Below, piece by piece: positions 9,101 to 17,590 of a stretch of 31,339 nt of DNA. The notes under the pieces were generated by a model, which worked only from the letters and a program-made list of their open reading frames with translations, searched no databases and was not told the origin of the DNA. How positions within the stretch are numbered: the first letter of the stretch is position 1; every line of letters begins with the position of its first letter. The position numbers and the translations under genes are program-made. This DNA comes from a virus. Taxonomy: Duplodnaviria; Caudoviricetes. The DNA lies in IMG/VR virus record IMGVR_UViG_3300025036_000356, positions 1 through 31,339 of that record; one strand, given 5' to 3'.

Positions 9101-11174
9101 GGCCAGTCGCCTGTCCGATTCCGAAGTGCCGAAATCCCGAAAGCCATCGCGTGAGTTTTGCACTACCAAGTCCATCGAACACTGGCGGTATCTTGAACTT
9201 GCGGGCGAGAGCTGCCATCGGCTCATCCATCTCGCCGGTGAAGCCCTCGCCGGCCAGGGTTTCAATCACGTCATTCACACCGGTATCGTAGAACCGATAG
9301 AGCTTCCTGAACATCTCATCTGTGGCGTTGGGCTTGGTTAAGTCGAGCTCTTTGACCCCGGCGAGTTTCCCGTTACGATAATAGGCCCACGCCATCTCAT
9401 CGCCCTTGCCCGGCACCGGTATGAGAATATCGCCTGAGCGCTCCCCGATAGCCCGCTCCACTATTGGAATGGCAAGTCCACTCTCATCGACCATAAAGAG
9501 CTCGTATGAATCCGCCCCCTCCGGACGAGGCCGGAAGCCATGGTGTAGATTCAATTCTCGCTGAGTCTGCCCGCGTGCACTCAGTTCGTCAAAGAAGGCA
9601 TCGTATTTGCCCTCCAACGCTATCTCGGCTTCGGGTGAAAGGTCTTGCGCAAATTCTTCAGCCGCTACCCTAAGCTGCTCGCCATAACCGAGAAGACGGT
9701 CTCCATGGAGCCGGCCAAACACTACCGCATCCTCTCCGGGCACAAGCTCGAAAACCCCTCCGTCAAGAGCTTGCTCAAGCAGTTTGGCATATCGGTCAGC
9801 CTGCCCGCGCCCGGTGATGTAGTCGCGGCTTAGCTTGAACATCTCCTCGAAGCTAATCTTGTCGTTGCCGTATGTCTTGGCGAGCTCGGTGAGGAAGGCA
9901 ATTTCCGACGATTCACCCCGCTCTACTAGCTGCTCCAGGGGTGAAGTCTTCGCCCGGCCGTGAGACCATAATGCCTTTTCTACCCCGCCCCGTGCCCTTT
10001 CAAGATAACTGGGATAACCGTAGGTTTCTACCACTTCGCCAGTCAGGGGGTCAACCTCAAGGCCGGTTCCGATTTGCACGGCTTCTGTGGTGCCCGTAGC
10101 CGCATCGTCAGCAGCCTGTGAAGCCGCGCTCTCTTGGGCGTTCAGTTGCTTGACTGGATGCACGTCCCCGGCGCCGTCGATGACCTTGTCGACATACTTG
10201 CCAACCCGCGCCCAGGGAGCGCCGATGGCATAATAACCGGTCGTCGCTCCCAGCTCGAAAGCGCCCCAGATAAGCCCCGTCTTGTGCATGGCTTCCCACA
10301 TGTTGCGAGCCTGGGACTTATCCGGTGTGCCCGTGCTCGCATAGAGCGCACCTAGCCCATAAGCGTGCCCTGCACGCTCGTAGGTGCTCGCTCGCGCAAG
10401 GTGCGAGAGCGCACTGTAACCCCACTGTCCGAACCTATCAGTTCTGCCGGCGAGCTTGGTGAGGCCGCTAACGCGCTGCACGAATCCCTCGGCATTCTTG
10501 ATAACCCGCTCGGCTTTGTATAGGAACTTGCCAACGCTGGCACCCTTGTATAGCGTCGGATACGCCCTACCGGTGGCGGTTAGCATTTTGCCCGCGACTG
10601 CCCCGGCCCTCGCCAGTCGCGCTGCTTTGGCACCAGCCCCAATCAGTCCCCCGCCAAGAAGCAAGGTGCCAATGCTGGTCACAGCTTCGGCTCCGAACGG
10701 ATGGACTTCGCCCAGCACGGGCAATGTAACGCCTGGACCCTTGGCGTAAGCCATGCCCAAGCCCGTCGCCGGTCGCATAAATCCTTCCTCGCCGAAGCCT
10801 GGTATGTATTCGCCAAAGGGCAGACCGCGCATGCCACCGTAAACACTGCCGATTACTCGCTCCGAAAAGCGCTCCCCGGCTCCCGTGGGTTCATAGCCTT
10901 TCCCATATATCAGACGGCCAAACTCCTCCACGGCCGGGCGCTCTACTGGTGGCGCAACTCTCTCTCCGGTCGGTGTCCGCTCGATTCGCGGATAGACCGC
11001 CTCCGCCATACCCTGAACACGACGGTATTTGGCGAGAGCCGCCATCTCATAGGGAGTCAGACGGCGGGCGGGAATATCCCTGCCCAGGGCTCGCAGTTTC
11101 TGATATACCCGCTGTGCGTCCAGCGCGTGTATCGCAGCCCGCTGCTCTTCCGGCGTTAGGATTTCTTCAGGCAT
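3174..11174 (-). CDS. Giant internal virion/DNA ejection protein (2666 aa)
   Basis: Last and largest of three consecutive genes after the tail nozzle and GNAT; mostly helical Ala/Gly/Glu-rich sequence; hydrophobic N-terminal segments; central Pro-rich linker. Function inferred from gene order. Confidence 0.7.
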   Translation of the reverse strand: MPEEILTPEEQRAAIHALDAQRVYQKLRALGRDIPARRLTPYEMAALAKYRRVQGMAEAVYPRIERTPTGERVAPPVERPAVEEFGRLIYGKGYEPTGAGERFSERVIGSVYGGMRGLPFGEYIPGFGEEGFMRPATGLGMAYAKGPGVTLPVLGEVHPFGAEAVTSIGTLLLGGGLIGAGAKAARLARAGAVAGKMLTATGRAYPTLYKGASVGKFLYKAERVIKNAEGFVQRVSGLTKLAGRTDRFGQWGYSALSHLARASTYERAGHAYGLGALYASTGTPDKSQARNMWEAMHKTGLIWGAFELGATTGYYAIGAPWARVGKYVDKVIDGAGDVHPVKQLNAQESAASQAADDAATGTTEAVQIGTGLEVDPLTGEVVETYGYPSYLERARGGVEKALWSHGRAKTSPLEQLVERGESSEIAFLTELAKTYGNDKISFEEMFKLSRDYITGRGQADRYAKLLEQALDGGVFELVPGEDAVVFGRLHGDRLLGYGEQLRVAAEEFAQDLSPEAEIALEGKYDAFFDELSARGQTQRELNLHHGFRPRPEGADSYELFMVDESGLAIPIVERAIGERSGDILIPVPGKGDEMAWAYYRNGKLAGVKELDLTKPNATDEMFRKLYRFYDTGVNDVIETLAGEGFTGEMDEPMAALARKFKIPPVFDGLGSAKLTRWLSGFRHFGIGQATGRLRSLNPTAHKELQIVMPKGSKYLISVQQSRHGVVGYIFEHTGGELTPSNMRYVTNVLLPGEGHRLAQRLEHLVKHSGLIAQRAADVQMQNKVASAIVDWLHKNNKLAREGEPVKVETSVFGDWTQQKLKRAVKKVSDLVDKGQTEEARELADTIPGDLYAELRGGREAQLPKITPEPILWHAERLNMRAYVLKKLGYSPEQIGKGMAGRSAAQRKEWGRIVRKFDQLTEALVPSKMNLMVDDAELIRVYGSVPEGKAALAGMNIVREGNPFALNLGLDASAAEKALAKVLDEGQIPTIVRVVGGSEGAKSPAIKELANAITEGLTGVNRYLYEPIAKRVFEKLTSMLSRAGRLKPGKTITVAGHEVRYSLAEAVARRYGIVDEILGKKLPRKGEGKTTPFPLEAVYRVIEGQEMGAFRQNMLAVLETLRRNKPAWEAVKRKMPKLARILEAEDIWDVPPEQWGKLSVPRWFDIKPLEGEGPYQIIDYSVPGKEIVIFDNIKGWALANGMLKKLQTGKVPLPDSFHARQVAVQIGHEELLKFAAAADEQVFKQIVEIYQAGEYGGYIDLVGVLAKRSGAIRGLTGKPDIDVPRIGYRLLRDLYGDEEAKLVYKTLQNEIVHIEKTLRYGNVQLQLTRKQLEALWLDQGMVKPGFAVGIKPSDYLGWFRKLEQEGSIIKLGNLENYLNAMTKEGMDIPLMDFRMPPGELADLQLGYLSRDWAAVPGASRVSEKIAEHANELLGLVREQRPMRTESFPWITRARGRGGRLPPTKIDKLMREAYAEDPFGTVNLDKLIERHAVVEGLPRDEAAAQIAEEAYARIRDGTAYVSPTGEILDEAVMEWAGQRAGQQAAREAIAPRPPIEPPKPGGKGPPAPPPPAAGGEAVPPEAIPPEPGPPEGGAPPETPVADRNAQIQAVAIERILNKQNQDFEQWRLPREEGAPSVLEEPPPGMSDENWAEFAGLRQAYKDGQLALENIPEEYRGMLQQEEANKEAASALVSGLNAEIDRGLKHLSRNSLDKTALWMRRIVAYGLSGVESGLRGLARDLGKIAPRAAEPLYDLANMLDLTNKIVGRMAGAAYVNAAKLIIRGEGRHAGKHVHRAVIAFLDSGKEEALQGLTAGETALAKRVASDVSAELKEIIPQIAANVKRVRHFLHAEALGDPKFGEVFGMDAPTFLKLSPEAQQTAFFKAINNPALTESLRESYWQLVHHTEVLRPRINFFPHVQHADKIQKTMNHLSIIATSLRKQLGEAGYLQLVQDREALMAAIGKFSDKLYTEQMLHVLKTIQDPVKWGVYRSLVARIGGPDIGAQGIPQAMMGQARTAFEAEGWMGIMRMALGVTHRSAARPDVFSAHFLPRVLNLPGWVDDDVPMALYSYFNSVYRYIGETVAFGEHYSKWHTTAAKAISALAAKSPEHAEFVSGYLDMVDRMVLRPAVDNSFMSKVSQVDSAIQNPLKLNLAQVWNISQMILFSGELSGYRNTLETLGKFATNPAFRRAIIERAQYSRVLGEYLYAHLADPGWAAAWNNKVLTVTGFKATDAIARYVSGEAGVLNVTRLIGRYRRLVKAAGGMETAEAKMVMSQLEHRQMLPREVRGWNTITDDVKSAIYDRVFEWHSRETQFVIGKEQLPPFWQTPIAKTAMRYKQFAFMAGKFIKRNVLDEAYRNHNIVPMLSLFGHYNIYLPRLAAAGRFVQLAGAAAVVGEVILPIRKIVKWQFRWPLGEDEDPHIDRLLDAMSVHQGLALKYMWDEALMSNLSKRLWQDVQRGGTFGILGDIQEAVSAGTGGMSSLILGPTGSDLVNMLGGIAYRPEPTPYGQAGTMKEWTRRIGKQTINRLLPTPFSSLYRQIGFWTGLPGATRRTDIPQRLVRSSREAVRDQWMKALLDPQDKAARERWKQTYDAIQSDRHIISLNQFETIKNDPETKILMLRKLYRVEQKRGNTHRLFPILQAISEEQQLLKQRKLETIRRQYKGARAP

Positions 11175-13420
11175 CAGGCTTTACCTTTGCCCTGCCCTTT
11201 GTCCTGCCCTCTGCCCTGCCCGCTGCCCTGCCTACTTTGCCGGGAAGGGCGATGGCGGAAGAGGAATAGACCACTGATATTTTTGCGTGTGATGCCCTTG
11301 GAGGACGTGCGCAGAAACGAACCGCCGGCCCGTGGAATGGCGGGCCATATCCTGTCGTAAACGTAGTCCTTGCTGGGTGGCACGAGCTTGAGACGCTCGG
11401 CGATAAACTTCGCTAGGTCTTTTCGCGTATTCGATTGCAGCATCAGGGTTCCAGTCTTATCGTCCCTCACGACCATCCCCATATGGTCACGCTCATCATA
11501 ATTCGGCGAATAGACATAGGCTACAATGTCGCCTTCGCGGAGTTCGTCCGGGTCATTCAGAAGCTCATAGCGTGGGTCTCCAAGCATACCGATAGAGCGG
11601 TCTTCTACCCTTCCAGGGTTGCCGTTTCCTCCAACTGGCATCGGCTTACCGGAGACCTTCTCCTCAGCATAGGCAGTTATGTTGGCGCATTGATTCTTCT
11701 CCCCGCCATATTTCGCTTGGCCTTCCTTCATCGTCTGCTGCAACTGGCGATGCGCCTCGGCAGGGTCTTGTGCCGCGAGCCTGTCTCGACCGAATACCCG
11801 CTCAGCGCCTGCGACGTTAAGTTCATCGAGCATTGACAAGGCGTTGTTGATGGTAGCAACCCTCTCGTTTTCAGGCAGCCCGTTGAGGGCAATCTCGAGG
11901 TCGCTAACCGCTCGTGCCAGGCTTTGGTTCGCGGTCATCGTCTTTTTCCCTTCCACCGTGTCCGTCAAGCCCTGCTGATATAATGTCTCCAGGTCTTGTG
12001 GCTCCTCACCGCCCGCAGTCAGTAGCTGGTAATTATAGTATACCTCCTTCAGTGGCTCCTGTATGTCCTTGGGCAGACCTGGCAGGTTCTCTTCCTCTTG
12101 CTTCTGGAGCAGCTCTCGATACTTGGTCACGGCTGCCGACATTTCAGGCGGAATCGGGAATCCCAGCTTGCGCAGCTCAGCTTCCACCGCCGCCTGTCCC
12201 TCAGCACTGGACAGACTGAGTGGACTATACAGTGACTGCTGTATCGCTTGAAAATCGCTTAACTGCGCCCGCTTATCTTGCTGGTTCGCGCGCTTCTCGG
12301 CGTTTTCGTAAGCCGTGCTGAATGCTTTGACTGAGTCCTGGAATTGTTCTTCGGTTAGCGGTGGCAGACCAGACCGCCTCGCAAACCTGTTATAGTTCTG
12401 TCGCAGCACATCACCAAAGGGGCCTGTAAGAGCATCGGGACCAGCCTGAAATACAGCGTTAGCCCCCTGCATGAGGGCATTTGCCATCCCGACCTCGGCT
12501 TCCCCTGGCGTTATTGGCAGCTCAACATTGAGGTCGGCAAGACTATCCTCAAGAGCATCGATGGCCTTAGCCGGCTTAATAACCCCGTCATCCAACCCCT
12601 GCTTGACTCTGTTTCGGGCTGTGTCTATATCTGCGGATGGACCCAATTTCCCGTGCAACCATTCGGCATAATCATCGACCCCGCGCTTCGCGGCTCGAAT
12701 CTGCTCATTGCCAATCTTAGCATCATAAGAGCGTCTTATCTCTTCTGCTTTTGCGTCGCCGAGATGCTGCGCCGTTACCGGGTCTACAGGTATGCCTCCA
12801 GGCGTAGTCTCGGCTTCTTCGTATGCAGCTTCAATCTTCTGCTCCCGTTCATCTATAAGCTCTGCGACCCTAGAATAGTGTTCCGGAGACGGCACTGGCG
12901 GTCCTTCCGGGGCAGCGGATACTGGCTTTGTGGGAGGCGATAGGGGACCCCAGATGGGCGCTCCAGCGGGCACTAGCCCAGCCTCGGCTTCGGGCAGCCC
13001 GAACGCTTTTTCTACTTCCTGGCGGGTGCGCATTCGCCCTTCCCCGAGCGCCGGGCCAGCTGCAACCTCCGGCGGGCGGCCGAATGCCTCACCGAACGAG
13101 CGTTGGCTCACCGGGGAGATTCCTACCTTCTGGCCGCTCGAGATGAGATTGCCGATTCGAGATTCGGGCGATGACATCCCGGGAGCTGCTGGCTGGTCTG
13201 GCTGGTTTTGTTGCTCGAACAATCCCAGCGCCGAGGGCCACTTGAGCCGTCCAGCCAGCTTCGGACTATAGCGGCCGGTCTGCTCATAGAGCTGTCTTTC
13301 CTGCTGCAGCATCCCCAGCGTTCTCTTGCGCTGGCGTGATTCTTTGGCTTTCTTGCCGCCAAACATGGCGGCGAACATCTCAAAGAGGTCATTAACATCA
13401 GTTTGGATGGTTATGGGCAT
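11174..13420 (-). CDS. Internal virion/ejection protein with C-terminal CHAP/NlpC-P60-like peptidoglycan hydrolase domain
   Basis: KYGGEKNQCANITAY...LREGDIVAY...DHMGMVV shows the Cys, GDIV and His-x-G pattern of papain-like amidases; lies in the ejection module. Confidence 0.65.
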   Translation of the reverse strand: MPITIQTDVNDLFEMFAAMFGGKKAKESRQRKRTLGMLQQERQLYEQTGRYSPKLAGRLKWPSALGLFEQQNQPDQPAAPGMSSPESRIGNLISSGQKVGISPVSQRSFGEAFGRPPEVAAGPALGEGRMRTRQEVEKAFGLPEAEAGLVPAGAPIWGPLSPPTKPVSAAPEGPPVPSPEHYSRVAELIDEREQKIEAAYEEAETTPGGIPVDPVTAQHLGDAKAEEIRRSYDAKIGNEQIRAAKRGVDDYAEWLHGKLGPSADIDTARNRVKQGLDDGVIKPAKAIDALEDSLADLNVELPITPGEAEVGMANALMQGANAVFQAGPDALTGPFGDVLRQNYNRFARRSGLPPLTEEQFQDSVKAFSTAYENAEKRANQQDKRAQLSDFQAIQQSLYSPLSLSSAEGQAAVEAELRKLGFPIPPEMSAAVTKYRELLQKQEEENLPGLPKDIQEPLKEVYYNYQLLTAGGEEPQDLETLYQQGLTDTVEGKKTMTANQSLARAVSDLEIALNGLPENERVATINNALSMLDELNVAGAERVFGRDRLAAQDPAEAHRQLQQTMKEGQAKYGGEKNQCANITAYAEEKVSGKPMPVGGNGNPGRVEDRSIGMLGDPRYELLNDPDELREGDIVAYVYSPNYDERDHMGMVVRDDKTGTLMLQSNTRKDLAKFIAERLKLVPPSKDYVYDRIWPAIPRAGGSFLRTSSKGITRKNISGLFLFRHRPSRQSRQGSGQGRGQDKGQGKGKA

Positions 13421-13422
13421 GG

Positions 13423-14316
13423 CTAATCGGCACCCCCTCCTGCTGTCGCGACGCCGGTGAGTCCGATGTTCAGCATTGCCTCACGAGACCTTGAACTCGT
13501 GCCGACTTCACCGCGTAGGAGTTGCAGCAGGGCGATACGCTCCTGCTTGATGAGTTGGGTCATCTCGATACGGTCTTTCTGCGTCAGGTTCTGCGCCCTT
13601 GAATACTCATCAATCATCCGGTCAATCTCGCGCTCGTCCAACTCGGTAAGTTTATATAGTGCCTCCACATAAGCCTTCTGGGCTTCTAGTCGTTTTGAGA
13701 CCTCCGATTCGCCCCGTTGTTCGGCTTCATGTATGGCGGTTGCATAACCCTGCGTGAGCGCGCTCATCTTCGTCTGAAGGAATTTGGTTTCCAGTTCACG
13801 CCGCTTCGCCACATCTTCATAGCGCAGTGCGGACTCGAATTCGCCAATGCTGCCCGCCAGGTTCGCCCGCCCGATGTCAGTCTCCAGCATCTGGGCGCTG
13901 CCGCCTGCATACCCGCCTTTCCGTGCCTCCAGTGCGCCCTTACCACGAGCCTCGCCGTAGAATCGCTCGGCGCTGGCACGGCTTGATGCCAGTATGTTTT
14001 CAATCTCGGCGGGGCTGCCCTTGCCCATCCAGCCGGGCGCGATTTCTCCGATAGCCCGTTTCCATTCCTCCGTTACATCACGGGTATAGCCTGGAACCGT
14101 CGGGTCGAATATTTTCAGGTTCCCGAGGGCGCTCTCATAAGACGGTTTGCTGGCGGCTCCGTAGGCACCGCCATATGGCTCATAGACGCCGGTCTGTGCC
14201 TGCTGCTCGCGCCGTAGCAGGTTCTGCATATACTGATAGCTTTCGGGGTCATAAAGCTGAGCGGCGCTTACGACTTCAGGTTTGCTGTCGCTTCTCGAGG
14301 TGCACCAGTTACCCAT
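13423..14316 (-). CDS. Internal virion/pilot ejection protein (start MGNWCTS)
   Basis: ATG at 14316 with GGAGAG RBS overlapping the end of the GNAT gene; Ala/Gly/Gln-rich helical sequence; first gene of the ejection trio. Confidence 0.65.
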   Translation of the reverse strand: MGNWCTSRSDSKPEVVSAAQLYDPESYQYMQNLLRREQQAQTGVYEPYGGAYGAASKPSYESALGNLKIFDPTVPGYTRDVTEEWKRAIGEIAPGWMGKGSPAEIENILASSRASAERFYGEARGKGALEARKGGYAGGSAQMLETDIGRANLAGSIGEFESALRYEDVAKRRELETKFLQTKMSALTQGYATAIHEAEQRGESEVSKRLEAQKAYVEALYKLTELDEREIDRMIDEYSRAQNLTQKDRIEMTQLIKQERIALLQLLRGEVGTSSRSREAMLNIGLTGVATAGGGAD

Positions 14317-14818
14317 TTGACTCTCCTGATTCGGACAAGTCTGCCTCAGACAAGTCCAGCGAATACTGAACAGATATTTCACGGAATCCTGCGGTCTTGA
14401 GCAAGTTCATCAGACCCTGATTCTCCGGCTGAGATTCTCGCTTGAGTCCGACCTCGATAGCATCGCAGTTTTCCGCCTCCGCCCAGTTTATCACTTCGCG
14501 CAACATCAGGCGCGGAATACCCTGACGCCGCGCCTTGGGCACCAGCAGGAATTCCTTGATGGTCGCTACCTTCCGCTCGGCTTCCCGGTAATGATAGAGC
14601 AGCATATATCCGATGACGCCGCCCTTCTTTTCGTTGAAAATCACGACCAGGGTTGCATTCGGTCTCACAACATAAGCCGCCATCTTCTCATAGGCTTCAT
14701 CATTGTCCAGCTCGGGGTAGCCCTGCGACTCGTTGTAGATGCGGAACTGCTCCGTGAGCTCATCGCGCAGCTCGGCTGTTACCGCTTTGAGCCGCTTGAT
14801 TTCATAGAACTTGGTCAT
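14309..14818 (-). CDS. GNAT-family acyltransferase
   Basis: VIGYML...ATIKEFLLVPKARRQGIPRLMLREVINWAEAENCDAI...LLKTAGF includes the acetyl-CoA binding RxxGx motif A and the C-terminal GF. Confidence 0.85.
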   Translation of the reverse strand: MTKFYEIKRLKAVTAELRDELTEQFRIYNESQGYPELDNDEAYEKMAAYVVRPNATLVVIFNEKKGGVIGYMLLYHYREAERKVATIKEFLLVPKARRQGIPRLMLREVINWAEAENCDAIEVGLKRESQPENQGLMNLLKTAGFREISVQYSLDLSEADLSESGESNG

Positions 14819-15084
14819 AGCAGGCTGTTCACCTTGTCGATGATTTCATTCAGCTTCTGACGGGTCAACTCCAACTCGTGCTTGAGCGCCGCAAACAACC
14901 CCAGGTCATGCTTCTGCATCGCCGCCAGCTCCTGGTGCATGCGCATGGTCTCCTGCGGATTGCCCGTAAAGCGTGCTCGCCCACCCACGACACCGAACCC
15001 GGGCGAGACTACGCTCGGAACGGGCGCACGGTGAGGCGATGGCAGATTCACCTGCTCGCCCAATTTCTCAATCTGAACCGCCAT
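14815..15084 (-). CDS. Hypothetical tail-module protein with C-terminal coiled coil
   Basis: Translationally coupled on both sides; LKHELELTRQKLNEIIDKVNSL heptads. Confidence 0.65.
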   Translation of the reverse strand: MAVQIEKLGEQVNLPSPHRAPVPSVVSPGFGVVGGRARFTGNPQETMRMHQELAAMQKHDLGLFAALKHELELTRQKLNEIIDKVNSLL

Positions 15085-16799
15085 CAGAATTCGCCCTCCT
15101 GAGTGAAATCAGCCTCGTAACGATGCGCCTTGGTCACGCCATAAACATTTTTCAGCGTTATCTTGATGGAGAACAGCTCGCCCACAGCATCTGGGGAAAG
15201 GGCGAAACTGCTCGCCGCACCGCCGGCGGTCAAGATATTCAGGTTGCGGTCGTATCCAGTCATTTCCCACTCTGGCACGGCATCGCTCTCATGCTTCTCA
15301 TACAATAGCCGATGTGCCTGAAGCCGTGCAATTATACCCGGACTTGGCTCCAGTAGATTCATGCGAAAGCTCGGAGCATGAGCAAGATTGGCACTTGTTC
15401 CCCCGGCTGTTGCCGGGTCTGGATAATACGTCCGATGGGTTTCCAGGGGCACTTCCCAATAAATCGCCGCAATCAATCTGGGATGGGGTCCACCGACCCG
15501 CCCCACATCATCGACCGTCGCGTAATTGGGGCATCCCGGCGCGGCACTTGATAGGTTATCGATGGTCGGGCTGCAAGCGCCGGTGAAAACCGTGTGCAGA
15601 AGGTCGATGGGCACATAACCGGCATGCATCGCCCATCCCAAAGCCGAGGTCGTGGGCACGCCCGTTATCCGAGACCACGCGCCCTTGTTGTTGCGCACCC
15701 AGAAATAATCCGAGGCGGTTCCGGGTCGTGAAATCCATATCTCGTCGGTGTCCGGACGATAGACGATATACACATGGTCAGCCCGCTCCCAGTCGAAACC
15801 GGCATAGAAGTCTTCGGCGATTTCCAGTCCGATGTTCTCGAAGTTATAGCCGTCGAAACGCCAGACCCCATGCCGTCCCACGAAAATATGCTCACTCTGG
15901 AGCGGCAGCACAGCATGACGACCCACTGCCCCGTCGGAAAAGCCGCTCTGCTCGATAAGTTCACGGGTATAAGGGACGGCGGTTCCGTTTGCAAGTATCA
16001 GCCCCTGATAGTAGTAGCGATAGATGCTGTCCGTCTTGTAGATGATGAGGTTCTTGCCCAGAGGCTCGGCGGCTTTAATCTCGCCCGGCGTATCATCAAG
16101 GTCAATATAGCCGGCGGCTTCAGCGGCATAGTCCCGTTTCCAGAGAAAGACCTGACGCTTATCCGAGTCTGGATTGTCCGGGTCTGGATAGAGATTCGAG
16201 CATCTGATGCGGCTTCCGTGCCAGACGCCGTTTTCCTTCGTGTTGAGCAGATGGAGCGCCCCCTCATACCACTTCACCAGCTTGCAGGTATCGAGGGTAA
16301 CCGGGTTGTCGTCGGTGCCGCCTTCGATGCTGTCGAGACCTTCTACGGTTGCGAATATCGGTGAAGTGCCGTCCCATTTGTAGGGTCTGCTTGCGCCGGC
16401 GGTCAAGAACAGCCAGCGGTCCGAATGGTCCCAGTAGCAGGACTTCGATTCATCGAATGCCCATGGGTTCTCGGCACTCGTGAGAAATGGGGGGTCGCTA
16501 TAGCTGCCGGTGCCATCTGGTCCTTCGCCGGTGATGACGAGCTCGAAAATCCCCAGTATGGAGGGCACGATGATATAGTCGTTGCCCAGAATATCGCGGT
16601 AGAAAATCAGTCCGAGTATGTTGAGAACGCCGTAAGTATCAACCCACTTGCCATTGAATAGGCTATGCAGCGAGTTATCGACTACTCGGACATCGTCAAG
16701 CTGCTCGCAGCTCATCGGGCTGGCATGCCGCCGGTCGCGCAGCTTGATGCCTTCGGGCCAGCCGGGGATGCGAATGCTTGTTAGCTGCTTGGATTTCAT
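15084..16799 (-). CDS. Tail nozzle/tubular protein (P22 gp10/T7 gp12-like beta-propeller)
   Basis: Start MKSKQL at an ATGA overlap (16796-16799); blade-like motifs IKAAEPLGKNLIIYKTDSIY and GAVGRHAVLPLQSEHIFVGRHGVWRFDGY; size and position fit. Confidence 0.7.
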   Translation of the reverse strand: MKSKQLTSIRIPGWPEGIKLRDRRHASPMSCEQLDDVRVVDNSLHSLFNGKWVDTYGVLNILGLIFYRDILGNDYIIVPSILGIFELVITGEGPDGTGSYSDPPFLTSAENPWAFDESKSCYWDHSDRWLFLTAGASRPYKWDGTSPIFATVEGLDSIEGGTDDNPVTLDTCKLVKWYEGALHLLNTKENGVWHGSRIRCSNLYPDPDNPDSDKRQVFLWKRDYAAEAAGYIDLDDTPGEIKAAEPLGKNLIIYKTDSIYRYYYQGLILANGTAVPYTRELIEQSGFSDGAVGRHAVLPLQSEHIFVGRHGVWRFDGYNFENIGLEIAEDFYAGFDWERADHVYIVYRPDTDEIWISRPGTASDYFWVRNNKGAWSRITGVPTTSALGWAMHAGYVPIDLLHTVFTGACSPTIDNLSSAAPGCPNYATVDDVGRVGGPHPRLIAAIYWEVPLETHRTYYPDPATAGGTSANLAHAPSFRMNLLEPSPGIIARLQAHRLLYEKHESDAVPEWEMTGYDRNLNILTAGGAASSFALSPDAVGELFSIKITLKNVYGVTKAHRYEADFTQEGEF

Positions 16800-17581
16800 G
16801 ATAGAGAGCCCGGCCACTTGGTGGCGAGGTCTGCGACTGCGACTTCCTGGACGGAAATATATTGATAGTCGTGGCCCGATACGCCCGTGGCGCAATACAC
16901 ATTCCGCGCCGCGCCGGAGTTCTGCCAGATTTCAAGCTGCAAGTTTGACGAAGCCTGTGCCACCGTATGGCGAATATAGAGACTGCCGTTTGCCTGCAAA
17001 TTAAAGTCCACAATCCCGGTCGCCACGCTCTGGATAGAATGCGCGAGCGTCTGGTTGTTCGTGGTATCGCGCAGTCGAACCGCATACTTGAACATGCTGC
17101 CGACTGCATCTTCGTTCCTGAAACTGAATTGGAAATTGTAGATATAGCCGAAGTTGGTCTGCCGGTCCGAAACTGTGAATGGTGAGGCTGGAAGGAGCGT
17201 CCAGGTCTGGTCTGGAATCACCTGCGTAGCTGGATTTACAGTAAATACCTTGACCCAGCTCCGCAGACTCAGAAGATTCTGGAGATTGACCGGCTGCCCG
17301 ACCGTTTCCTCGATGTTGGCGACTACCCGTTCCTGGTCGCTCACATACAGGAGCTTGCCCGCATTCGCGGTTGTCGTGTTCCCCGCAGGCAGCGCCGCCG
17401 CCAGCACCTTGTTGATGCGCCCGGCCCCAGGCAGGTGATATTCGGTCTCCGAGCCGCTCACGCTGTAATCGCGCACATGCTCGATATTGGCGCAGCGGTC
17501 CTCCACCACTCTCGTATCGGTTATCGCCTCATCGATGGTGTTGGGATTGGAAGTGCCTAAATAGGTCAAGCTGTATGCCAT
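16796..17581 (-). CDS. Tail needle/fibre-like virion protein
   Basis: Thr/Asn/Val-rich beta sequence between adaptor and nozzle; GGAG RBS. Confidence 0.55.
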   Translation of the reverse strand: MAYSLTYLGTSNPNTIDEAITDTRVVEDRCANIEHVRDYSVSGSETEYHLPGAGRINKVLAAALPAGNTTTANAGKLLYVSDQERVVANIEETVGQPVNLQNLLSLRSWVKVFTVNPATQVIPDQTWTLLPASPFTVSDRQTNFGYIYNFQFSFRNEDAVGSMFKYAVRLRDTTNNQTLAHSIQSVATGIVDFNLQANGSLYIRHTVAQASSNLQLEIWQNSGAARNVYCATGVSGHDYQYISVQEVAVADLATKWPGSLS

Positions 17582-17590
17582 GATTTTCTC

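Noticed and set aside
3174-11174. Virion RNA polymerase
   Set aside because: I could not find single-subunit polymerase motifs or a DxDGD motif; size alone is insufficient.
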